A DNA stretch of 64,000 bases from Candidatus Doudnabacteria bacterium (lineage in GTDB: Bacteria > Patescibacteriota > JAQUNI01), in assembly GCA_041644975.1 (NCBI GenBank), contig JBAZQX010000005.1:13068-77067 (forward strand). Direction: 5' to 3'. The notes under the pieces were generated by a model. The model did not search any database. It was not told where the DNA came from and was given only the letters and a program-made list of their open reading frames with translations. A program made the position numbers and the translations under genes. How positions within the stretch are numbered: position 1 is the first letter of the stretch; each line of letters starts with the position of its first letter. Shown here piece by piece: positions 19,837 to 27,720 of the stretch.

Positions 19837-21120
19837 CTAGAAACGGTAACAAAGCTTATCAATTAAAGCCTTTGTCCCGCCAGTTGAAAAAAGAGCTACT
19901 GCTTGGTGAGCAGGATTACGTTTCGTTGCCAATCTTCCATAAAGAGGAGCTAAAAAACTTTTCTCGTGTAAACCTCTCTTGACTAACCCTTCTGCGGCTA
20001 AATCCAGAAGTTTAGACAGGTATGGAACAACCGATCTGCCATCTATCTTAGCGTCAAAGCCGGAAAAGATGGCGTTTTCTCTTAATGCCCGCCAGTCCTG
20101 CCAGGAAAACTGACCAACAATCTCTCGTTCTACCTCATCAATCACTTCTGCGATACCAAGCGTAAAAGCATCTACTGCTATGTTTTCTTGCTGGGGCTGA
20201 GTACAACAAGGACGCACCTCTATGGTGCCATAAAGTGTGCGCGGCCGTGCGCAAGGCCAGAAAGTGCCTTCGTGTAAACGATAATGCTTCTCAAAAGAAC
20301 CTAAACCACCATTGTTAGATAGGTATTGCCCAAAATTTACTCCAGGGGCAAAATATTCACCTTTTCCATCTTGACTAACTAATAGTGTAAGGTTGCAGAC
20401 GTATGCCAGAAAGTGGATTATGTCTCGAAACCGTTCATACGGAACACCCACTCTACCGCCGTTAGAAAAACTCCAATGGTCCTCCCTCACTGCTAGTCGA
20501 CCCTTCTCATCAATACCCCCTGACCAAACAGACGAATTAGCACACAAAATAATCATTAACCCAGCTAAAGCATTATATACATTCGTAAACTGGACAACCT
20601 CCGCCTGCGTAATATCAACGTGAGTTTGATGAGCCGCGGTTATCGTTACATTATTAATACTTTCTGGATAATTTGTGCGCACGACTTCGTGCCGCCTTTT
20701 CTTAACCCAATAAAGATCACTAGGAGCAGCACAAGGTTGAATGCCATAACCGAGCACCAGCCCACCATGCCTATAAATGACTTTGCAAATATAGCGCATG
20801 CAATCATTAAAGGCTCCTACTACCTTCCATAAATCTGGGAGAGGAGGAAGGCCAATTTCTAAAGTACAATAACCTGCATCGGTCGTAATATTTACGCCGT
20901 CTTTCTCAACCCCCAAGACCACATCAGAATAACAATCATCATAATAAGGCTTCCATCCTCCTTGGACTAAAACAGGGAAAATACTCCGCACATCAAAAGG
21001 TTGACCGTCTTGATCAATAACCGGAAACTCGCGCTCCACACCAATCCATCTTCCTCCTCGCTTCAGTTCCACAGGGAATTTGCTAAGATAATTTTCCGCT
21101 AAAAAATTTAAATCCAACAT
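19837..21120 (-). CDS. Glutamate-cysteine ligase (GCS2/GshA/EgtA)-like carboxylate-amine ligase
   Basis: IGVEREF, TLEI, QTHVD, ANSS and RPR..GTIEVR motifs; RBS AAGGAG before MLDLNF. Confidence 0.82.
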   Translation of the reverse strand: MLDLNFLAENYLSKFPVELKRGGRWIGVEREFPVIDQDGQPFDVRSIFPVLVQGGWKPYYDDCYSDVVLGVEKDGVNITTDAGYCTLEIGLPPLPDLWKVVGAFNDCMRYICKVIYRHGGLVLGYGIQPCAAPSDLYWVKKRRHEVVRTNYPESINNVTITAAHQTHVDITQAEVVQFTNVYNALAGLMIILCANSSVWSGGIDEKGRLAVREDHWSFSNGGRVGVPYERFRDIIHFLAYVCNLTLLVSQDGKGEYFAPGVNFGQYLSNNGGLGSFEKHYRLHEGTFWPCARPRTLYGTIEVRPCCTQPQQENIAVDAFTLGIAEVIDEVEREIVGQFSWQDWRALRENAIFSGFDAKIDGRSVVPYLSKLLDLAAEGLVKRGLHEKSFLAPLYGRLATKRNPAHQAVALFSTGGTKALIDKLCYRF

Positions 21121-21202
21121 TCTTATCTCTCCTTTTTTTAAAATGTTCATTTTACCAAACTAACCTACCGAAACCCTGCAAACATTATCAAATTCAAAGA
21201 AC

Positions 21203-21228
21203 AAAAAAACCGGCTTAGTTAGCCGGTC
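21203..21228 (-). terminator. Attenuator terminator 1
   Basis: ACCGGCTAACTAAGCCGGT plus T-tract upstream of the ligase gene. Confidence 0.8.
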
Positions 21229-21273
21229 TAGTTTCTAGTGTAAGACAGGTTTTAAACCTGTCTCTACTAAAAA

Positions 21274-21345
21274 TCAGACCGGCGAAAGTCGGTTATAAAA
21301 CCAAAAACCAAAAAAGAAATTATTTTGTGAAATATTATTTTCCAT
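21274..21345 (-). CDS. Leader peptide MENNISQNNFFFGFWFYNRLSPV (aromatic-rich)
   Basis: 23-aa ORF just after a TTGACA-16-TATAAT promoter (21360-21387); its 3' end GCCGGTCT pairs with the terminator 5' arm AGACCGGC. Confidence 0.75.
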   Translation of the reverse strand: MENNISQNNFFFGFWFYNRLSPV

Positions 21346-21400
21346 AACTCTTAAGAAGCATTATAACTCACCATAAAATATTGTCAAGGACTTCTTTAAA

Positions 21401-21566
21401 TGAAACTCCACGGGCTTAGCCTACTCCGCCGAAGTGGTCTTCGGCTGCGAAGGCCGGACACCCGTGGCATCTCTTTATAATAAAATTTCGTGGAGCGCCC
21501 ACCTGCTCACAAGCCTGCCCACCAGTCCGCCAAAGGCGGGCAGGCTTTCTGGTGCGTTGGGTCAAA
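21401..21566. mobile_element. Non-autonomous IS200/IS605-like miniature element, copy 1
   Basis: TGAAACTCCACGG...CCCGTGGCATCTCTTTATAAT...GCTTTCTGGTG.GTTGGG; homologous to 27176-27344. Confidence 0.6.
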
Positions 21567-21687
21567 TCTTGATATTGATTTTTTTTCTAACCCAAAAATC
21601 ATCCTGCAAAAACAGTAAGACATTGCCCGACCCCGGATCAACCATAAAAGATATACTCACCATAAGCCCACCCTTTATTTATTTTTT

Positions 21688-21762
21688 CTAGCGTTTTCCT
21701 TTGCGCGCAGTTTTCTTCTTCGTGACTTTGCGCTTCTTTATAGCTTTCTTTTTTTTTGCCAT
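21688..21762 (-). CDS. 24-aa Lys/Arg-rich basic peptide MAKKKKAIKKRKVTKKKTARKGKR
   Basis: Strong RBS GGGAGGTGA 6 nt upstream; not in the ORF track. Confidence 0.65.
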   Translation of the reverse strand: MAKKKKAIKKRKVTKKKTARKGKR

Positions 21763-22131
21763 TTGCGATCACCTCCCTTCTTATTATTTTTTATCTTTGC
21801 GACAAAAAATAAAAAAATAATTTTAATCAAAAGGATTTCTTTCTTCAAAAACTTCTCCTCAAAAATTTTCTCTTTCTCGCCAAAATTTTTTCTGAAACCC
21901 GCCAAAGTTTTTTTTAAAAAAATTTAGGCGGGAAATTAAAAAAACTTTGGCAGGCTTTTTTCTTTTTATTTTCATTTCCTCCTTTGATGTATTTATTATA
22001 CAACAAAAAAAAAGTTTTTAAAATAAAAAATTGTGGATAAACTATAAAAATCAAAAATGTAAAAATCAAAAAACAAAATGAAAATGTAAAATGAAAAAAT
22101 TTTTTAATTAAATAAAAACCCGAAGAAAAAA

Positions 22132-22353
22132 TTATTCTCCGGGCGCGCAAGAAGAACATACCGTGGCGGCATATTGCTTTAAACCGTCCACATGTAAAGA
22201 ACTATTGTTCTGCACTACCGGATCGCTGCATACCTGATTAATAATCTTCTCAATGGATCTCCGAAATTCTTCTGCTGTCATTTCTCCTATGTGCAAAGAA
22301 CGCAATGCTTCGCCAATCTGCGTACGATACGATTCCAGGGGATCTTTAGACAT
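22132..22353 (-). CDS. Small hypothetical protein under attenuator 2
   Basis: RBS AAGGAGG; helical sequence MSKDPLESY... Confidence 0.6.
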   Translation of the reverse strand: MSKDPLESYRTQIGEALRSLHIGEMTAEEFRRSIEKIINQVCSDPVVQNNSSLHVDGLKQYAATVCSSCAPGE

Positions 22354-22401
22354 CAACCCATTTCCTCCTTTCTATTTGTTAGACTATTCCGGAAAATGAA
22401 C

Positions 22402-22433
22402 AAAATAAAACTGGTCTTGTTTTTCAAGACCAA
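22402..22433 (-). terminator. Attenuator terminator 2
   Basis: TGGTCTTG-AAAAA-CAAGACCA plus T-rich tract. Confidence 0.75.
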
Positions 22434-22463
22434 CTAGTTTCACGATTAATTTGTGTTTCCACA

Positions 22464-22535
22464 TCACAAAACTAGCCGGTCCAGAAAATCGGATTTAATG
22501 GTGCGGATATATTTTTGGAATTTGAGGTTATTCAT
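22464..22535 (-). CDS. Leader peptide MNNLKFQKYIRTIKSDFLDRLVL
   Basis: 23-aa ORF after a TTGACA-17-TAGACT promoter (22545-22573); GACCGGCTAGTTT pairs with AAACTAGTTGGTC at the terminator arm. Confidence 0.65.
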   Translation of the reverse strand: MNNLKFQKYIRTIKSDFLDRLVL

Positions 22536-22619
22536 ACCTTTAATAGTCTAGTTAAAATAAAAATATTTGTCAAACAAAACTGTGGATAAAACATAAAGTG
22601 TGAAATACAACTGAAAAAA

Positions 22620-22675
22620 AATAAAAAAGGCAGGTTCGCAAAAAGAAAAAAATTCTTTTTTGGTGAACCTGCCCA
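22620..22675 (-). terminator. Long-stem intrinsic terminator downstream of the LeuA-domain gene
   Basis: GGCAGGTTC...GAACCTGCC plus T-tract. Confidence 0.7.
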
Positions 22676-22807
22676 GAGTAGCAAACCCCGTTAGAGAACG
22701 AAGTTCTTTAACGTGGCGAATCACCTGCTATCCCAATTATGCGGGATAACTGCTCGGGTACACTAGGTACCGCGAAGAGGATCGCTCTTTGTGAGCTTTG
22801 ATGATTG

Positions 22808-23239
22808 CTACTTAGAAGGGGTAATAGTGGACACTGCTTTTATCACCTGTTGCAGTTGGCCGGGAATCCTTTTCCCCTGTGGGAATATTTTTTGATTTTT
22901 ATTCCCATTAAGATTATTAACAGCGGCAAGATAGGCCTTGGTGCTTGCTTCTACAATATCTTTGCTTGTGCCACGACCAATGCTTTTCCCGCCGTTGACT
23001 GCGATATGTATAACCGCTTCCGCCATCATATCCCTACCTTTCATTAAAACCTTTAAAGAACACTCAATAAACTTAGCATTAATATCCGTCATCTTATTTA
23101 CCGCTTTAAACACCGCATCCAACAGATTATCCCCACAACAAGCTGCTTCCTTTAACACCTCATCTCCATTCTTTAAACCCAGTACAACAACTGGTGTTTG
23201 AGTTCCGGCAAGGACCTGCAGATACTCCAAAGAGTACAT
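22808..23239 (-). CDS. Stand-alone 2-isopropylmalate synthase (LeuA) allosteric/regulatory domain protein
   Basis: YSLEYLQV, GD...DAVFKAV, D..AEAV and GRGTSKDIVEASTKAYLAAVN; RBS AGGAGG before MYSLEY. Confidence 0.8.
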   Translation of the reverse strand: MYSLEYLQVLAGTQTPVVVLGLKNGDEVLKEAACCGDNLLDAVFKAVNKMTDINAKFIECSLKVLMKGRDMMAEAVIHIAVNGGKSIGRGTSKDIVEASTKAYLAAVNNLNGNKNQKIFPQGKRIPGQLQQVIKAVSTITPSK

Positions 23240-23293
23240 ATTATACCTCCTATCACAAAATTTGATTAAGTAAAGAACCAAAAAAACAAAAAC

Positions 23294-23318
23294 AAAAAAC
23301 TAGCCTTTCCCGGGCTAG
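23294..23318 (-). terminator. Attenuator terminator 3
   Basis: CTAGCC-CGGGAAA-GGCTAG plus long T-tract. Confidence 0.8.
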
Positions 23319-23354
23319 ATTTCTATTTTCTAATATTTGAAACCTTGAAAAAAC

Positions 23355-23438
23355 CTAGCCCGCGAGTGGCAGCAACAAAACGCCCACCAACAATAAGGCT
23401 AGGTTTGAAATATTAAATTTTGCAAATGAATTTGGCAT
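23355..23438 (-). CDS. Leu-rich leader peptide MPNSFAKFNISNLALLLVGVLLLPLAG
   Basis: 27-aa ORF after a TTGACA-16-TAAAAT promoter with extended TG (23452-23479); CGGGCTAG pairs with CTAGCCCG of the terminator. Confidence 0.8.
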   Translation of the reverse strand: MPNSFAKFNISNLALLLVGVLLLPLAG

Positions 23439-23485
23439 ATTGACTAATTTAATTTTAGCAAACCCCAAATATCTGTCAAGACATT

Positions 23486-23531
23486 AAAAAAAAATGGCTC
23501 TTGATATCAATTACTTTGAATCAAGAGCCTA
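23486..23531 (-). terminator. Terminator of the SPFH operon
   Basis: GGCTCTTGAT...ATCAAGAGCC plus T-tract. Confidence 0.75.
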
Positions 23532-23557
23532 AGGTATCCGCTACATCTGTAGCGAAT

Positions 23558-24511
23558 TTATCGTCGTAACAGAGAACTCCAGTTCACATGGGTATAAAAA
23601 TCATCATGGTCTTCCTGGTCGCGATCGTCTCGGTTGCGACTATTATTTTGAACAATCTTTGAATAAGATCCCCCAGAACGGTTAATACTTTTTTGAATCC
23701 TATAGGCGGGCGGATCTTTCCGGAATACTCGTGTATTCTGTGGATTGCCGAGTTTAAAGTAACCGGTTTGAGCAAGATACTTCGCTGCTCGCTCAATTTG
23801 ATCAAACTTTGCCTCTTCGCCAATCCTACTAAGATATTCCTTAAACCCATTCATATTACATTCCTGAGAATAAGAGGCATAAGTAATAACAAGTCCTTTA
23901 TACTTCTCATCAAGCCCTACCATTGTTAGCGCTTGATTTATCGCTTCGCAAGAATTCCCTGTTAGCGCTTGACCTCCTGTTGCCTTGAAATAGTCTCTTA
24001 GTGTCGTTCCCGATCTTTGCGTCCTCACTATATTTGCTGTGCCAGATGAACCGGATGTACGTGCAATTTGATTTTTCCGCCTGACCTCTTGTATCTTGGC
24101 ATATACCGCGGCATCATTATATCTCTTCGCAAGATTATATTGTCCTTTTTCTAGAGCTTCCTGTTTTTTGGCAAAAAGGTCTTGCACTTTGGTAAGAGCC
24201 AAAAGCGATGTTTCAGTCGAATCAAGGCGTTTGTTTGCCTGCACAATGCTTGTTTCAAGACCTTTATTGAGAAGGCTTCGGCTATCCACATCTTTTTTGG
24301 CAGAATCAGCCATTTCTTTAATGGCTTTTTGCATCTCTATCTTCTCGGCTTTTAACTTGGCAATCTCTACTTCCAACTGAGCATCCTTTGCCTTTAAGGC
24401 CACTAGCTCAGCGTCGCTGATGCTTACCGCCTGAGCTTGGGCAGATAGCGTCAACGCTAAAACTATAATCAGCATAAACACAGTCCACTTTTTCATTTCA
24501 TTTACCTCCAT
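23558..24511 (-). CDS. Secreted coiled-coil hypothetical protein
   Basis: Signal peptide MKKWTVF...SAQAQA, then heptad repeats. Confidence 0.75.
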   Translation of the reverse strand: MEVNEMKKWTVFMLIIVLALTLSAQAQAVSISDAELVALKAKDAQLEVEIAKLKAEKIEMQKAIKEMADSAKKDVDSRSLLNKGLETSIVQANKRLDSTETSLLALTKVQDLFAKKQEALEKGQYNLAKRYNDAAVYAKIQEVRRKNQIARTSGSSGTANIVRTQRSGTTLRDYFKATGGQALTGNSCEAINQALTMVGLDEKYKGLVITYASYSQECNMNGFKEYLSRIGEEAKFDQIERAAKYLAQTGYFKLGNPQNTRVFRKDPPAYRIQKSINRSGGSYSKIVQNNSRNRDDRDQEDHDDFYTHVNWSSLLRR

Positions 24512-25031
24512 TCAGCTTTTTGAGAATTTCGTTAATCTCTTTTGATTGATTCTCCACAGCTTTGGCATAACCATTTACACTTGACCAATAATCCACGACG
24601 GGTTCGGCCACAGGTGCTTCTCCTGTGGCGCTAACAAAAGAGTCGCTTTCAACAGTAACTTCCTGTTCATCTTGAGTTGCGGTTTCCGTTGCAATTTCAT
24701 CGTCCTGTTCCGCCTCACCACTATAATGTTTTGCTGTCTTCCGAATAGGTTTCGGACGCTCGGACACAACGGTTTCTTCATAAGAAGTTTGTTGTTGCGC
24801 CGCCGGCTTTATAGTTGATTGTGCGGTTGTTGCCAGTGCGGCTGATTGTGTGGCAGGTTTCGCAATCACATTTGACCTTTCATCCTCAGTGTATTGATTG
24901 AAAAAATGCCATCCTACAAGCGCCAAAATGACAAGCGCCACAACAATGATTACCACGCCCGGTACGCCACGAAGCCAAATGAGCCAATCAAGTCGGTACG
25001 GCGAGCCGTCTAAAATGTTCTTTCCTTTCAT
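24498..25031 (-). CDS. Single-pass membrane hypothetical protein with an acidic low-complexity tail
   Basis: One TM segment; overlaps both neighbours. Confidence 0.7.
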   Translation of the reverse strand: MKGKNILDGSPYRLDWLIWLRGVPGVVIIVVALVILALVGWHFFNQYTEDERSNVIAKPATQSAALATTAQSTIKPAAQQQTSYEETVVSERPKPIRKTAKHYSGEAEQDDEIATETATQDEQEVTVESDSFVSATGEAPVAEPVVDYWSSVNGYAKAVENQSKEINEILKKLNGGK

Positions 25032-26203
25032 TTCGTTTCCTCCTTTTTGTTTTCTTTTTCGTCCAGTATTTTCCCTTCTCCTTCTATAACAGTTTCAGGT
25101 TTCCCTTGTCCCCCCGTTAAGGTGCTAACAAATCTCTCAATGCTCGTCGCTTTTAATCCCCTAATCTCTCCTTCCATTATGCCCGTTTGGCGAGAACCAA
25201 GTATTGAAAGGAATTCTTCATAAATTTTCAATTCTTTTCCGCGTTGAGCTATCTCCAATTGCAATTCTTTTCCGCGTTGAGCTATCTCCAATTCCGCCAG
25301 TTTCGTCTTAAGCTCAAATACCATTTCAGGGAACGCTGCCATTTGCCCAGCGTCAGTAGCCAATATTTCCGCCAACGCCTTAAGCGCGATGTTTTTGGCT
25401 TCTGCTATTTTTGCTTCAAGCGGTATTTGTTTTTGCATTCTCTCAAATCCAAGCTCCATCCTATCTCTTTCTTGCTTCAATTCAAACTCGCCTTGTTTCT
25501 GTGCTTTCTCAAACCCAAGTTGCATCTTGCCTCGTTCTTGTTCCCATTCAAACTCGTTGCGGGTGCCTTGAGCTTCCAAGGTATGCGCCAGTTGCGCCCT
25601 CTCCGCCACCCTACCAAGTTCATCTTTCTCCTGTTTTTCAAACCAAATAGCGATTTCTTTCTCCTCGGGCTGTATCTCCTCGCTAATTGTTAAATCATCC
25701 ACTGCAAAACAAGATTGGGTCCTCGCTAATATTGTGGTCAATCTCTCTTTGGCGTCTTTAAGAAATATTCCGTTTACTGTTTTAATCTCTCGCCAAGTAT
25801 ATGCAAGAATCCCATCTCGGAGAGCGGATGAAACAGAACTGACCAACAAGGACTCTTCTGTTTGAGCATTAACAACTATTCTTTTAATACTTTCTTCGCT
25901 ATCATTCACCTTTGCCTGCGCGTTGACAATGCCTATTAAGGCAATGCCGTCTTTTGTACTCACAGTGCCTTTCAGTGGTACAGAAATTTGCTTGGGTGTC
26001 ATATCCACAAAAGCAATTCCATCGCACTGACCTCTACGAGCACGTTTAGAAGGTATAGTATAATATTCCCCTTTCTCTACCTGGGGTAGCACCCTAATCG
26101 GATTACCATCATTACTAACAGTAACAGCCCGTAACTGGGCTGTTGGAATAACAGGTTCCAACCATTTCGCTTCCCTTAAAAAAACCCACCTATCATCAGC
26201 CAT
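25028..26203 (-). CDS. SPFH/band-7 (flotillin-like) protein with coiled-coil tail
   Basis: VDMT...V.TKDGI...SALR...L...F.VDDL.I pattern followed by an E/K/Q-rich coil. Confidence 0.65.
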   Translation of the reverse strand: MADDRWVFLREAKWLEPVIPTAQLRAVTVSNDGNPIRVLPQVEKGEYYTIPSKRARRGQCDGIAFVDMTPKQISVPLKGTVSTKDGIALIGIVNAQAKVNDSEESIKRIVVNAQTEESLLVSSVSSALRDGILAYTWREIKTVNGIFLKDAKERLTTILARTQSCFAVDDLTISEEIQPEEKEIAIWFEKQEKDELGRVAERAQLAHTLEAQGTRNEFEWEQERGKMQLGFEKAQKQGEFELKQERDRMELGFERMQKQIPLEAKIAEAKNIALKALAEILATDAGQMAAFPEMVFELKTKLAELEIAQRGKELQLEIAQRGKELKIYEEFLSILGSRQTGIMEGEIRGLKATSIERFVSTLTGGQGKPETVIEGEGKILDEKENKKEETK

Positions 26204-26500
26204 CCCTAATCACTCCTTCCCTTCCTGAAAGTATATTTCAGATTTTACCACGGTTCCTATATTTATCACTTTAATAAACCTAAGTTCATTTAAACAAACA
26301 AATCAACAACCTCATCACTGAAACACTATATAACTAAACTAAGTTGACAAAGACCCTAGTGAAAAAACAACCCTATAAACCTTAAAATCTTATTGAGTTA
26401 TATATATCACCTTTTGACAAAACAGTCAAGAATTAGCTAAAAAAGCGGGGCTTTATTTCCGCTTCTATATCTCTATATTCCATTTATATATTAGATGAGA

Positions 26501-27118
26501 TCACGCAAACATCACATCATCCTCTGCTCGCTTATAATCAAGGATTTCTTCGGGTGCAAACCAGTGTTCAATTTCATGCGCCGCTTCGGCGGGATCGCCC
26601 GAAGCGTGAACGATGTTGTGGATTGCCCGCTGGTCAATGTTCGCCGCTGTGTTGGTATCAATAGAATAGTCGCCGCGGATTGTTCCCGGCTGGGCTAAAA
26701 TCGGTAAAGTATGACCCACTAATTTTCGCACCGTGGAAATGGCGTGCATCCCTTTTAAAATCATCGCCACCACTGGCGCCATAGACAAATAACTCACATT
26801 CCATTTCTGGACAAGTTTGCCGATCTCCAAAGAATCATCGGTGCCCATTTTTTCTTTGACATTCATCCCATACTCTTTAAAGGCGTCAATCGTTTTTTGA
26901 CCCATCCCGCGGAGCCATTCTTCCGAGCCTGAATAATGCTTTTCCACATGCTCTCTTGTTGGCCAAACCATCTTCAGGGCAATGACTTTGAGCCCCCGCT
27001 TTTCAAAGCGGGAAATAATCTCGCCGACTAAGCCCCGCACTACGGCATCGGGTTTAACAATCACGACCGTGCGCTCTTGGCTCGGATGATCAGCGCTAAT
27101 CTTATTTTTCTCTTCCAT
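26501..27118 (-). CDS. ndk: Nucleoside diphosphate kinase
   Basis: ERTVVIVKPDAV, PGTIRGDY and NIVHAS motifs. Confidence 0.95.
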   Translation of the reverse strand: MEEKNKISADHPSQERTVVIVKPDAVVRGLVGEIISRFEKRGLKVIALKMVWPTREHVEKHYSGSEEWLRGMGQKTIDAFKEYGMNVKEKMGTDDSLEIGKLVQKWNVSYLSMAPVVAMILKGMHAISTVRKLVGHTLPILAQPGTIRGDYSIDTNTAANIDQRAIHNIVHASGDPAEAAHEIEHWFAPEEILDYKRAEDDVMFA

Positions 27119-27175
27119 AATTTTAGAAAATTTAATAATTCATCTTTTTAAATTCTAGCATAAAAACTACGAAAA

Positions 27176-27344
27176 GTGAAGCTCCACGGACTCACGCCCG
27201 TGGCATCTCTTTATAATAGGATTTCGCGGAGCAAAACCCCTCACCAGAAAGCCACCATTCATCCACGGGTTTAGCCTACTCCGCTTAAAGCAGCCTTCGG
27301 CTGCGAAGGCCGGGCACCCGTGGCTTTCTGGTGAGTTGGGCAAA
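27176..27344. mobile_element. Non-autonomous IS200/IS605-like miniature element, copy 2
   Basis: Same ends and internal blocks as 21401-21566; CCACGG/CCGTGG hairpins. Confidence 0.6.
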
Positions 27345-27410
27345 ATAAAAAAAATTAGAGGGTATTATGAACGAATAATTCATCCCCTCTCTATCTAGCC
27401 ATCTTATAGC

Positions 27411-27569
27411 CTACTTCCTAATCTCTATGGTTTTGACCATCCACAAAACCATATCCCCGAAAAATTTTACGGATTGATTAGGACACTTGTTATAGATGGC
27501 GAGTGCTAGAAGCCGCGGCAGCAACAGCGATGGTATTACCGCGCCCACGACCAACAAGAGGACTAACAT
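27411..27569 (-). CDS. 52-aa small hydrophobic protein MLVLLLVVGAVIPSLLLPRLLALAIYNKCP...
   Basis: Purine-rich RBS GGGGGTGG; followed by a hairpin and T-tract at about 27345-27392; not in the ORF track. Confidence 0.45.
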   Translation of the reverse strand: MLVLLLVVGAVIPSLLLPRLLALAIYNKCPNQSVKFFGDMVLWMVKTIEIRK

Positions 27570-27720
27570 TCTACCACCCCCAATACTAAGACACTAATGA
27601 ATAACCGGTCGAATTATACTTGTATTATAAAGTGTAAAATTTAATAAATCAATAATTATATTAATTTTAAATTTTAAATCAAATCTTAATTTTTAATTTT
27701 AAAACAGTCGAGTTTTAAAA

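Noticed and set aside
21562-21663. 33-aa ORF MVSISFMVDPGSGNVLLFLQ...
   Set aside because: It has only a weak RBS, ends in the repeat element and has no recognisable family.
22760-22780. GGTACCGCG resembling a T-box
   Set aside because: It lacks the TGG of TGGNACC, is on the strand opposite the genes, and has no recognisable stem I.
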